From: a virus
Virus record (IMG/VR): IMGVR_UViG_3300045988_146009
Location: 1-64,000 of that record
Direction: 5' to 3' (one strand)
Length of the DNA: 64,000 bases
In this document: positions 37,115 through 46,154 of the stretch, piece after piece
Layout of the letters: each line of letters starts with the position of its first letter
How positions within the stretch are numbered: position 1 is the stretch's first letter
The notes under the pieces: model-generated
Databases searched by the model: none
The model's input: the letters and a program-made list of their open reading frames with translations, nothing else
Told to the model about the DNA's origin: nothing
Translations under genes and position numbers: made by a program

Positions 37115-38466
37115 TGTTAACACCCTATCCTCTTCAACAGCGGGCAATAGAAAAGCAAGCAAAAATAATTAGGGACAGGAATTTTGCCCTTTGTACATCT
37201 TCCCTCGGTTCAGGAAAGACCCTAATGGCTATTGAGACCGCAAGGTCTCTTGGCCTCACCCCTTTGGTGGTAGCACCCAAGTCCACTCTTACTTCATGGG
37301 AACGAACCCTCGACGAGCAAGGGGTGGACTACTACGACATTCTGTCGTGGGAGAAAATGAGACGCGGTGATACGAAGTGGTATAAGAAAGTCAATCAGAA
37401 GAGCAGGAATGGGAAGTGGAACCTTCCTAAGAATACCCTGCTGATACTTGATGAAGTGCACAAAGCAAAAGCTGGTTCCCTCTCCCAGCAAGGGAGGATG
37501 GTGATTCATGCGGCTATGCAGAACATCCCCATCTTAGCCATGTCCGGAACCCCCTTCGTCAACCCCCTGGATATGGAATTCATCGCTATCGCCACCAAGC
37601 AGATACGGGATTCCTTTTCTTTCCGCCGCTGGTGCAAGCAACATGGATGCACTCAGAACTGGTTCAATGCCTGGGAGTTCAACCCCAGGACCCCCGGAGG
37701 GGAGAAAGGATTGAAAGACATCCGGGAACTTCTCTACGGGAAGAGCCCCACGGCGGTTCAGATTACACGGCAGGACTTGAAGGAGTTCTTCACGGACTCA
37801 ACGCTCTCAGAGGTCTTAGTGGACTTTGATGCCAAGGTGCTCAAGAAAATGAAGGAGCTTGAGAAGTTCGTTCTGAAACAGGACCAGCAACGGAAGGAAG
37901 ACTTGGAAAGGGACGAAGCCAAAGTTCTGGAAGCTCTCGCCAAGGGTAAGGAAGCGAACGTTTCTTCCACCCTGCGGGAAATCCTCCGTGTTCGGCAGGA
38001 GATTGAACTCCTTAAAACCCCCGTCATGTCAGAGTATATCCAGAATCTTCTTGACGAAAACAAGAGTGTCGTGGTATTCGTTTCATTCAAGGAAACAATC
38101 AATGCCCTGCTCGAAGCATTCAAGGAAGTTCCGAGCGTAGTAATCGACGGTTCTGTAACCGGGAAAGACAGGCAAAGGGCTATTGACCAGTTTCAGGCTG
38201 ATGAAGCTCACCTTGCCTTCGTTAACTTCCAGGCGGGAGGTGCAGGTATTTCCCTGCATGACACCCGTGGAGAAAGGCCCCGTGCTTCCGTCCTGAATAC
38301 CACGTTCAGCATTACAGATACGCTCCAAGCTCTCGGACGAATTGACAGAGCCGGAGCTAAGAGCAATACCGAACAGTATGTTCTAGTTGCCGCAGGCACC
38401 TACGAAGAAGAGGTATTCAAATCAGTGAAGGATAAACATTACTCTATGACTCAAGCAGTTTTATGA
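37114..38466 (+). CDS. SF2 DNA/RNA helicase (DEXH box)
   Basis: Motif I CTSSLGSGKTLMAIE, motif II LILDEVHKA, motif VI QALGRIDRAG. A coiled-coil insertion lies between the two RecA-like lobes. Confidence 0.8.
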   Translation: MLTPYPLQQRAIEKQAKIIRDRNFALCTSSLGSGKTLMAIETARSLGLTPLVVAPKSTLTSWERTLDEQGVDYYDILSWEKMRRGDTKWYKKVNQKSRNGKWNLPKNTLLILDEVHKAKAGSLSQQGRMVIHAAMQNIPILAMSGTPFVNPLDMEFIAIATKQIRDSFSFRRWCKQHGCTQNWFNAWEFNPRTPGGEKGLKDIRELLYGKSPTAVQITRQDLKEFFTDSTLSEVLVDFDAKVLKKMKELEKFVLKQDQQRKEDLERDEAKVLEALAKGKEANVSSTLREILRVRQEIELLKTPVMSEYIQNLLDENKSVVVFVSFKETINALLEAFKEVPSVVIDGSVTGKDRQRAIDQFQADEAHLAFVNFQAGGAGISLHDTRGERPRASVLNTTFSITDTLQALGRIDRAGAKSNTEQYVLVAAGTYEEEVFKSVKDKHYSMTQAVL

Positions 38467-39695
38467 AAGAACCAATCGAAACAGAAGTTGACGGACACAG
38501 TAAGTACAGTCCCTCTTCCATAGCCAGTTATGCAACATGTCCAGGCTATTCCCCAAAAGAGAAGGAAGAAGTTAATGACGAAGAACTAACTGAGATGGAC
38601 CCCGCGAGCGTAGGCTCTCGAATCCACGAAGCCCTGGAAAAAGATGACCCTTCAATTCTTCTTTCCAGTCAGGAACACTGGATGTACAACAAGTGCAAAT
38701 CTGAAATGGAAGAGCTCATTATCTTGTTCTCCAAGGTGTGTGACGTTAAACCAGAAGAGATTGAGGTAATACCTGAACACAAGTTCCCCGGAGTATCTAT
38801 GCCACTTGTGGGTATCCAGACCGGAACCACGGACGTTCTTCTCAGGTGTGGGGAAGCCAGCCTCATTGCTGACTATAAGACAGGTATGATTGAAGTGGGG
38901 CATCCCAAGACTAACAGTCAGACCGCGGTCTATTCCCTGTATGAATTCAGTGAGCGTCCGGAATGTAACATGATTATCGTCGCCACTATTCAACCCCAAT
39001 CGGAGCAGTGTACGAAGGTAGCCATGATTCTCCGGAACAAGGAAGATAAAGACATCTACACTGTACCGGACATCCCGATGTATGAGAACGGAGATATGAG
39101 TGATATATCCCTGCTCTATGCTTCCACCATAGAAAGGGCTGAAAAACTAATAGCCCACACTTCTGAATACCGTGTAAGTCCTGATGTTTGCATTCATTGC
39201 AGACGACTTCCCGTTTGTCCGAATATTGCCAAGTTGACTTCTCGATTCGGAAAAGAAATTCTCCATCTTGAAGAAGACGACAAGCTTATTGTAGATATGA
39301 ATGAAGCTATTGACTCTCCTGAAAACATTGGAAGGTTAATGAGCTTCTATAAAATTGCCCTTGAAAGCGAGAAAGAGATTAAGAAAATTGCACGAGGGCT
39401 CTTCAACATGAATGTGGAAATCCCCGGATGGAAAGCATCCAAGGGAGCTAGGACCATAAGTGTTGACAAGGAGAGGTTTAAAGAGTACGCCCGAAACCGA
39501 TTAGAGGATTCTGAGATTGTTGAAATCCTGGGTTCCCTTCCTGTAGGAAAGATTCTCAATGCTATTATTGATAAGTTTGACTCGGACATGGAGAAGGACG
39601 AACGGAATGAAATTAAGGACACTATGATTTCCGACCTCGAAGATTCCGGAGTAGTGAGAGGAGTAAATACTGGAGTTCGAATTATTCGTTCTTGA
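38463..39695 (+). CDS. PD-(D/E)xK nuclease of the Cas4/RecB type, with a 4-Cys (Fe-S) pattern
   Basis: N-terminal Cys (YATCPGY). Nuclease motifs are present, ending IADYKTG. C-terminal CIHCRRLPVC gives the Cx(n)CxxCx5C layout. An 803-nt antisense ORF is rejected. Confidence 0.7.
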   Translation: MKEPIETEVDGHSKYSPSSIASYATCPGYSPKEKEEVNDEELTEMDPASVGSRIHEALEKDDPSILLSSQEHWMYNKCKSEMEELIILFSKVCDVKPEEIEVIPEHKFPGVSMPLVGIQTGTTDVLLRCGEASLIADYKTGMIEVGHPKTNSQTAVYSLYEFSERPECNMIIVATIQPQSEQCTKVAMILRNKEDKDIYTVPDIPMYENGDMSDISLLYASTIERAEKLIAHTSEYRVSPDVCIHCRRLPVCPNIAKLTSRFGKEILHLEEDDKLIVDMNEAIDSPENIGRLMSFYKIALESEKEIKKIARGLFNMNVEIPGWKASKGARTISVDKERFKEYARNRLEDSEIVEILGSLPVGKILNAIIDKFDSDMEKDERNEIKDTMISDLEDSGVVRGVNTGVRIIRS

Positions 39696-39803
39696 CATCC
39701 AGAAAAACATATAGTATAAGAATCTCACCACAGCCCCTCCACCTCTGCTCACGTAACTAATAGAATCTCGCATGTGTAAATGAGGGGCTTATTTCCCCGC
39801 TAC

Positions 39804-39843
39804 GTCCTCTCTCGCCTCTGATTCAAGCGCATCTAGAGAGGAC
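39804..39843 (+). promoter_or_regulatory. Hairpin with a 9-bp stem GTCCTCTCT/AGAGAGGAC and a 22-nt loop, upstream of the 39885 gene
   Basis: Read directly. No T-run follows. It is adjacent to a single CCCGCTACG 9-mer. Confidence 0.35.
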
Positions 39844-39884
39844 ATCAAAACAAAAAGAACCGACCAAAAACAAAACAGAACATT

Positions 39885-40628
39885 ATGGCTAAGATTGAAG
39901 AACCCGAAATCGTTGATACCGAAGTCGCTTGCGAATGCCCCCAAGAACCCTGCGAACTTGCCACCACTGGCACCGACACCAAGCTCCCTGCTTTCGAAGG
40001 TGAGATTACCGCTCAGGACGTTCGCCTTGAAAAACTGAAACTGTTCCATCCTCTCAGCGGTGAAGCGGGCCAGGGTATCGGCAAGATGGGTCAGGCCCTT
40101 TTCTCCAACGTTGTCGTTGCTGATGAAAATACCCCGGTATCTACCATCATTCTTTCTTTTGTAAAGACCTACGTAGAACGTCTCCCCTATGGTGTCGAAG
40201 AACGTCCTCGCATCTACAAGACTCAGAAGGACTATGTGGCTGATGGCCTCACCTTCAAGGATGTTGACGAGACCGCTAAAATGAGTGTTCTTATCCGTAA
40301 GCCTGAGAAACCTCTCGACCAGACTTCCGAAGATGACATGGACTTCCTGTTCAACATCGACCTCGCTGGTGAGAAGTGGGCATTGGGATATATGTACGTC
40401 CGAGGCGTGGCCTTCAAGGAAGCCATCACGCCGATTACTTCCTTCATTGCCCATAAGGGTTTTGAGAATGGGTTCCGTCCGTACCGTGTTAACTGGACTC
40501 CCGTAATTTGCTCTCGAAAGGCTAGTCCCAATACGAAGTACGCGAAGTGGAAAACCTCCATTACCCGCGGCAGTGAAGGTCAGCTTGATGAAGTCCTGGC
40601 ACTTCCTTTTGCTGATGCTCTCGCTTAA
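39885..40628 (+). CDS. Hypothetical protein (247 aa), N-terminal CECPQEPC. Candidate recombination partner such as a single-strand annealing protein. Function not recognised.
   Basis: GC3-rich codon usage suggests high expression. It lies between the Cas4-like nuclease gene and the RuvC-like gene. Confidence 0.7.
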   Translation: MAKIEEPEIVDTEVACECPQEPCELATTGTDTKLPAFEGEITAQDVRLEKLKLFHPLSGEAGQGIGKMGQALFSNVVVADENTPVSTIILSFVKTYVERLPYGVEERPRIYKTQKDYVADGLTFKDVDETAKMSVLIRKPEKPLDQTSEDDMDFLFNIDLAGEKWALGYMYVRGVAFKEAITPITSFIAHKGFENGFRPYRVNWTPVICSRKASPNTKYAKWKTSITRGSEGQLDEVLALPFADALA

Positions 40629-40707
40629 AATCCTTGACTAACCGAGGTCTCTAACTGTAAACTGCGAACACGATTAAGAACGTGTTCGCAGTTTTACTTT
40701 ATACCCC

Positions 40708-41268
40708 ATGACAAAAAAACTTACTAAAAGAATCGTCGCATGCGACCCCGGTAAAAGCGGAGGTCTCGTTCTCCTTTCCCCCAGCAATACGACGGTTTAC
40801 TATGCCGCGATGCCAGAAGACTTGAACCATGTACTCAAGTTTTTTAACATCGTGGATAAACCAAAGCAGGCGGTATATTGGTATGAATACCTTACTTTCG
40901 CCCAACAGGCCAGGGGCAAGGATGGAGAAGTACTCAGGTTCTCCAATCCCCGTGCCATGGGTATACTCGGTAAGAATTCTGGTCACATTGAAGGTATCGC
41001 AAAGGCAAAGGGTTTTGATGTTAAGTCCGTTGTACCTCAACGATGGATGGCCGAGATTGGAGCGCACGAAGCGGGCATTACGTACTTAGAGAAAACTAAG
41101 TGGAAGAATAATCTCAAATCAATTGCACAGCGCGAATTCCCCAAGGCCAAGGTAACGCTCAAGATTGCCGACGCTTTGCTGATTGCTCTCTACGCTTGCC
41201 GAACGGAACTTAATGACCCAACATATAGTCTTACCGATTGGGAATGTGTTAAAGTAATTTTCGATTAA
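40708..41268 (+). CDS. RuvC-like Holliday junction resolvase
   Basis: IVACDPGKSGGLVLL (GIDPG-type motif), a conserved Glu in YWYEY, and C-terminal KIADALLIALYA (DAADALAIA-type motif). Confidence 0.75.
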   Translation: MTKKLTKRIVACDPGKSGGLVLLSPSNTTVYYAAMPEDLNHVLKFFNIVDKPKQAVYWYEYLTFAQQARGKDGEVLRFSNPRAMGILGKNSGHIEGIAKAKGFDVKSVVPQRWMAEIGAHEAGITYLEKTKWKNNLKSIAQREFPKAKVTLKIADALLIALYACRTELNDPTYSLTDWECVKVIFD

Positions 41269-41270
41269 TC

Positions 41271-43094
41271 ATGGCTCGCACATTCACCAAGTATGGTCTC
41301 TCCTGGCCTATTGGAACGAGTGCAGTAGATATTGAACTGTACTGTTTCAAGTACGACCACCCCACGGAAAAGGGAGGACTCAACCGCTATGGTCACGCAA
41401 AGAATGCGATTGACCTGCTCTGGAATTACCAGGACTCCCCTACTCCAATCATATGGAACCCTTGGCTTGAGATGGGCCTAGAGGCATGTTGTAAAAACGA
41501 TGTGTGCATCATGGGGGGAGGTTCCTCCTGTGGGAAGAGCATGATGATGGCTATTATGGCCCTATTGTTCTACCTTGCGGACCCAGTAAATACCTTATGC
41601 CTCGTTACCTCCACAACCATTGATGGCGCGAAACAGCGTATCTTCAAGGATATTAAACGATTTTGGAGAACATCCTTTCCAGGCAAGCTGGTAGATGGCA
41701 GGGGACAGATTAAAGGCATCAACGAAGAAGGTCTTCTGGACGATTCCCGCGGTATCAAGATTGTCCCCTGCGCGAACATTGGCGACCCGAGCTCCAGGTT
41801 CATTGGTATCAAGGCAAAGAACATGCACGTATTTTATGACGAGCTTTCCGAACTTCCGATTGAACTTGTAGATGTCTGGCGAAGCAACCTTCGAACCAAC
41901 GCCGTTGATACTCCCCCGACTCTTATGGCCGCCTCCAACCCGAAGAGCAAGATGGACGCTTTTGGCCTTCTGGCAAAACCACGACTTGGGTGGAACAGCT
42001 TAGACATCACGGAGGTAGATACGTGGGAAACTACTGATGGCATTTATGTCAGGTTTGATAACACTAAGAACCCCCGTATTTCTCTTGGACGTGAAGACTG
42101 GTCTTGGTTTACAGATTACCAAACTATTCAGGATGCAATTGATACCTACGGGGAGAACTCTCCCCAGGTTCTCCGATTCTACAAAGCGACCTTTTCGGAC
42201 GATGTGGAAGAAGGGTGCCTAATCTCCGAGAATGAGATTATCGCCGCGGCATGCGACACTCGCCCCATTTGGGGTTCGGAAGAGCCTGTGAAGATTGCGG
42301 CTATGGACCCTGCCTACACCAACGGCGGGGACTTGACGGTTCTTAAAACAGCCTTCGTTGGTCTCACGATTGAGGGGAACCTCGCCCTCTGCCAGGACAG
42401 AACGGTCGTACTCAAGGCTCCGAGCGCAAAGTCCTCTACGATGAACAAGAAGGACCGGAGCTTTGTAATCGCAAGACAGGTGAAGGAAATCCTGGAAGAA
42501 GAAGGCATCCCTGCTGAGAACTTCATTGTGGACATTACTGGTGGGGTTAGTTTCGGGGACGTACTCAGTTCTTTCATTGATTCTAATTTCATCTCTCTGT
42601 CCTATGCTGGCAAGGCTTCTACCGCGGCCATATCAGCGAAGGATTCCGCAAGGGCCTGTGACGTTTACCACAACAAGGTATCCGAACTTTGGGGTTCCAT
42701 GCAACAGGCTATCAAGGCGCGTCAGCTTTTTGGTCTTGACCCAACTACCATCAACGAGATTAAATCTCGAAAGTACACCCTCGTTGGTAACAGGATTAAG
42801 ATGGAAGAGAAGGCGGATATGAGAAAGAGGCTTCGAAAGAGTCCGGATAACGCTGATACGGTAGCCATGCTTTGCATGCTTGCCCGCCGTAAGTTCCCAG
42901 CACTATTCGGGAAGATTGCAAGGAGGAGCTACACCTCTACGCCTACGGTGGAAAGCCAAGTTGAAGTGAATAGCAATGGGGTTAAAGTAATCCGAGGACC
43001 CTATCTCAAAGCCTACCTAAAAGATGTAGAGGTAGTTCCGGATAAAAGAGACTGGCGGGATGAAGCCCTACGTTTAAGAAATTTAAAACTCTAA
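41271..43094 (+). CDS. terL: Terminase large subunit
   Basis: Walker A CIMGGGSSCGKSMMMA and Walker B HVFYDELSE in the ATPase domain. The C-terminal RNase-H-like nuclease has acidic residues (IAAMDPAYTNGGD, DNADTVAM). An 84-aa antisense ORF is rejected. Confidence 0.85.
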   Translation: MARTFTKYGLSWPIGTSAVDIELYCFKYDHPTEKGGLNRYGHAKNAIDLLWNYQDSPTPIIWNPWLEMGLEACCKNDVCIMGGGSSCGKSMMMAIMALLFYLADPVNTLCLVTSTTIDGAKQRIFKDIKRFWRTSFPGKLVDGRGQIKGINEEGLLDDSRGIKIVPCANIGDPSSRFIGIKAKNMHVFYDELSELPIELVDVWRSNLRTNAVDTPPTLMAASNPKSKMDAFGLLAKPRLGWNSLDITEVDTWETTDGIYVRFDNTKNPRISLGREDWSWFTDYQTIQDAIDTYGENSPQVLRFYKATFSDDVEEGCLISENEIIAAACDTRPIWGSEEPVKIAAMDPAYTNGGDLTVLKTAFVGLTIEGNLALCQDRTVVLKAPSAKSSTMNKKDRSFVIARQVKEILEEEGIPAENFIVDITGGVSFGDVLSSFIDSNFISLSYAGKASTAAISAKDSARACDVYHNKVSELWGSMQQAIKARQLFGLDPTTINEIKSRKYTLVGNRIKMEEKADMRKRLRKSPDNADTVAMLCMLARRKFPALFGKIARRSYTSTPTVESQVEVNSNGVKVIRGPYLKAYLKDVEVVPDKRDWRDEALRLRNLKL

Positions 43095-43096
43095 TC

Positions 43097-43756
43097 ATGA
43101 ACATACAAGACGCAAAGAACACGACTACTCTTCAATCAGAAAGGACCAGCAAAATGGAAAGGCTGGCTCAGAAGGCGGTAGCTTTCTACAGGAATGGTGC
43201 CCCCATGGATGTCATCGAAAAGGTGACTGGCCTTAAAGGGAAAGACCTTGACAATATCCTTTCGGAAGTTGAGCTTACTCCTGATGAACTGAGGGTGAGA
43301 GACGAGCTGGCCATGGCCTATCTCTCTAACACCACCAGCAGGATTCAGAAAAGGAGGGACGAAATCTCAAAGGAGAAGTCCCGAATTCTGGAAGCAATCT
43401 CCGGGAAGGCATCCAACCTTTTGACGAGCGGTGTGTCCAAGCTACTGAACTTTGTAGAGGATGTTGAACTCTTCGATATGAAGGATGCCGAGAAGCTTAT
43501 ACATGTCCTCGAAAAGGTGAATGGACTGACAGATAAGCTCCATGAAGGACTTATCAGAGCGGACCAGAATATCCTCAGTGACATTGTTGAGAGTATCCGA
43601 ATTGAACAGACGGATACCACACGCCAGATGATTCTGGACGATACTGATGAAGATGGAAGGGTTCTGCTTGATGGAGATGGCAGGAGGAAAAAGACCCGCG
43701 TCGTAGAAGAAGAAAGTGTTCAACGAGTGGTCGGCGTAAACGTTAAACCACTTTAA
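43097..43756 (+). CDS. Hypothetical protein (219 aa), acidic and helical. Possibly a small terminase-like or other packaging accessory protein.
   Basis: ORF overlapping the terL stop by TAATCATG. The N-terminal region has an HTH-like stretch. No motif was recognised. Confidence 0.6.
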   Translation: MNIQDAKNTTTLQSERTSKMERLAQKAVAFYRNGAPMDVIEKVTGLKGKDLDNILSEVELTPDELRVRDELAMAYLSNTTSRIQKRRDEISKEKSRILEAISGKASNLLTSGVSKLLNFVEDVELFDMKDAEKLIHVLEKVNGLTDKLHEGLIRADQNILSDIVESIRIEQTDTTRQMILDDTDEDGRVLLDGDGRRKKTRVVEEESVQRVVGVNVKPL

Positions 43757-43764
43757 CAGGAGAA

Positions 43765-43796
43765 GCCCCGTCTAGTAGGCGGGGTTTCTTTTTTGT
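43765..43796 (+). terminator. Intrinsic terminator followed by TTTTTTGTATGACACAACAC
   Basis: GCCCCG...CGGGGT stem, then TTTCTTTTTTG. The GTATGACAC motif overlaps the ATG of the next gene. Confidence 0.55.
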
Positions 43797-44696
43797 ATGA
43801 CACAACACAATATTGATAGAATCTATTTCTATGGTATAACTCAACAAGACATGGCCATTTCAAAAGCTGAACAACGAAAGAAAGAACGGATAGCCAAGAG
43901 CAAGGCCCGAAGGAACCGTGGCATAAAAAAACATGATGTAGACAAGAGTGACCTTCGACCCCGGAATTTTCAGGAGCTTATGTACAAGTGGCTCCCCGCT
44001 ACCCTTGAATTTAATTACAGGGGAGAAGACTTTGATGTATATGATTACTACGCCGCAGGAACAAGCGGAGGTGGACAGAACCCCCTTGCTATCGGTTCTA
44101 CAAATGGGGCATTAGAAATCATTGGGTACACCAAGTTCCCAAGTACTCCCTATGCAGTAAGATGTGTATGTGGTCGAGTAATGAAGCTGAATATTAAGGA
44201 CTTCAACGAACACCCCCACTGTGGGTGTTTTTTCCGTGCTGTCCGAACAGCCTACCTGATTCGCACCCGCATTGAAGCAGTTCGCTCCTGGCTGAATAAT
44301 GTGGGAGACTGGTTACTTGACCTTGAAGTTATCGAGGATTATATGGTAGACTTCATTGATAAGTCCCGAGGTCTGGACCAAAGGAAAACCCCCTATGTGA
44401 GAAAGTCCCCCGCTGAACCATTCATCAATTTACTTCACGGGAAAACTGACCCAATGCCGCAGGAATTTCTTGATTTCTTCCTGCTCATTTCTACGACGAA
44501 AAGCTATAAAAAGCTCCTTACAGAACTCGTTGATAAGAACAGCGAATACCCTTTGTGGGAAGCTATTCCCCTCAGCGACATGTCCGAGTATGAGAGGGTG
44601 AGCAATTCCCTCCCGGAGTTTGATGCGGCAACCTTCATTAATCTTATCCACCATCTCAATGAAACAGAAGCTTCCAAGTTTACGGAGGGTAGTTAA
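43797..44696 (+). CDS. Hypothetical protein (299 aa)
   Basis: ORF only. Confidence 0.6.
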   Translation: MTQHNIDRIYFYGITQQDMAISKAEQRKKERIAKSKARRNRGIKKHDVDKSDLRPRNFQELMYKWLPATLEFNYRGEDFDVYDYYAAGTSGGGQNPLAIGSTNGALEIIGYTKFPSTPYAVRCVCGRVMKLNIKDFNEHPHCGCFFRAVRTAYLIRTRIEAVRSWLNNVGDWLLDLEVIEDYMVDFIDKSRGLDQRKTPYVRKSPAEPFINLLHGKTDPMPQEFLDFFLLISTTKSYKKLLTELVDKNSEYPLWEAIPLSDMSEYERVSNSLPEFDAATFINLIHHLNETEASKFTEGS

Positions 44697-45194
44697 CTCC
44701 GATAAGACTTCCAAGAACAAAGACCTTACAGCCAATGGGTGGAGAACCAAGACTGGAAAGTGTATGGATGCCGGAACATGGGGAGATGCCTATAGATTCC
44801 AGAAGGTCTTCTTTACCTTCGTAAAATCCAATCAGAAGATGCAACCTCTTCTAGGTGAGAGTGCTCCACATTACAGTCCGTATTCCCCTACGTGTCCCGT
44901 CACCATAGCTCGTGGAACGAAGGTCGAGGTAGTTGATGCTTTTCGAATAAATATTTTCAGTAGTGAACGGAACCATCCTCCGTTTGAATTAAAACCCAAT
45001 AACCTAACCACCAACCAATTCTTTCCCCTGCTTTACCACCCCTTCATTGAGGCCCAGCTTTATTATAGTTGGTATCCTATGATGCGCTTAATGTGTCAAG
45101 ATAGAGCATTTTTATTGACACCACTGGGGTGTGTAACGTATGGTAAGAACCAACCAACTACGGTTAACACAGAACAACGTAATCAAATTATCTA

Positions 45195-46145
45195 ATGTCT
45201 ACGACACTAATCATCCCCTGCGAACCGAGAGTAGTAGCTAATGCTGATGCCATTATCCAGTCTATTCTGGATTCCCACGAAGAAGAACAGTTGAAGAGGC
45301 ACAACCTCGTTATCATTTCTCCATATCTTGGTGAATACAAAGCAGAGAAGTTCCTGGAAGAACTTACTCCTGTGTTCGGCAATACCTACCATCATGTTCT
45401 TAAGACCCCCTGCGCTGAACCCTTCGGCTTTATCAATGCCGCCTTCTCCGATACCCTCGCCTATCTTGACCTCAATTATTCCAAGGATTCTATCTCCCCT
45501 GTTATTTGGTATGACGAGAAAGGCCAGGACCGTTTTCAGAAAGATGCGCTCGACATCATCGAAGCGGTCTACTACAAGAAGAGTTCTTTCCAGCTTTACG
45601 GACCCGAAAATAAGACCATCGCAAAGAAGGGCACTCCCGGTACAATGTCCGCGGGAACCCCTGAGAAAAAGTTCCCGGACCATTCATTTGTGTTCAGTTC
45701 CGACTTTATCAGCCGTTACCCTCACACCGCCCCATATGTCCGCTCCTTGTCAAGCAACTCCCACTTTAGGCCCTTCCTCGCCGAAGCCTTGATTAATGAC
45801 AAGTCTGAAAAACTGAACTCCTGGGACTCTATTTTCCAGGTAGATGCGAATCCTGCGGTTCCGGAAGAAGTTACCGTAAGTTCTGTTCATGTTGCCTCAA
45901 CTCCGTCTAATACTCCTGTAGCCAACTTCTCCCGAACCAACCCCCCTGTTGTTTCCGGAGCCTCCCCCATCCCCGTTAACGAGCCTATGACCAGCACCAT
46001 TCCCGAAGGAAAGGCGGATGAACTTCGTTCATTCCTGCTTGGTAAAGGACAGACCACCGATACTGAGAAACAGGAATCTCCCGACCCCAAAACCAGCGGT
46101 AAAAAAAAGAAGGCTACTGGGGAAGATAAGGAATCCTCAATTTAA
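45195..46145 (+). CDS. Hypothetical protein (316 aa) with a Pro/Ser/Thr-rich and Lys-rich C-terminal tail
   Basis: ORF with low-complexity C-terminus ...KTSGKKKKATGEDKESSI. Confidence 0.6.
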   Translation: MSTTLIIPCEPRVVANADAIIQSILDSHEEEQLKRHNLVIISPYLGEYKAEKFLEELTPVFGNTYHHVLKTPCAEPFGFINAAFSDTLAYLDLNYSKDSISPVIWYDEKGQDRFQKDALDIIEAVYYKKSSFQLYGPENKTIAKKGTPGTMSAGTPEKKFPDHSFVFSSDFISRYPHTAPYVRSLSSNSHFRPFLAEALINDKSEKLNSWDSIFQVDANPAVPEEVTVSSVHVASTPSNTPVANFSRTNPPVVSGASPIPVNEPMTSTIPEGKADELRSFLLGKGQTTDTEKQESPDPKTSGKKKKATGEDKESSI

Positions 46146-46154
46146 TAAACCCTG

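Noticed and set aside
44620-45195. 191-aa ORF in the ~500-nt gap between the 43797 and 45195 genes
   Set aside because: The long form overlaps the upstream gene. Internal starts give a Pro/Tyr-rich, oddly composed product. The gap may instead hold a non-coding element. Left uncalled.
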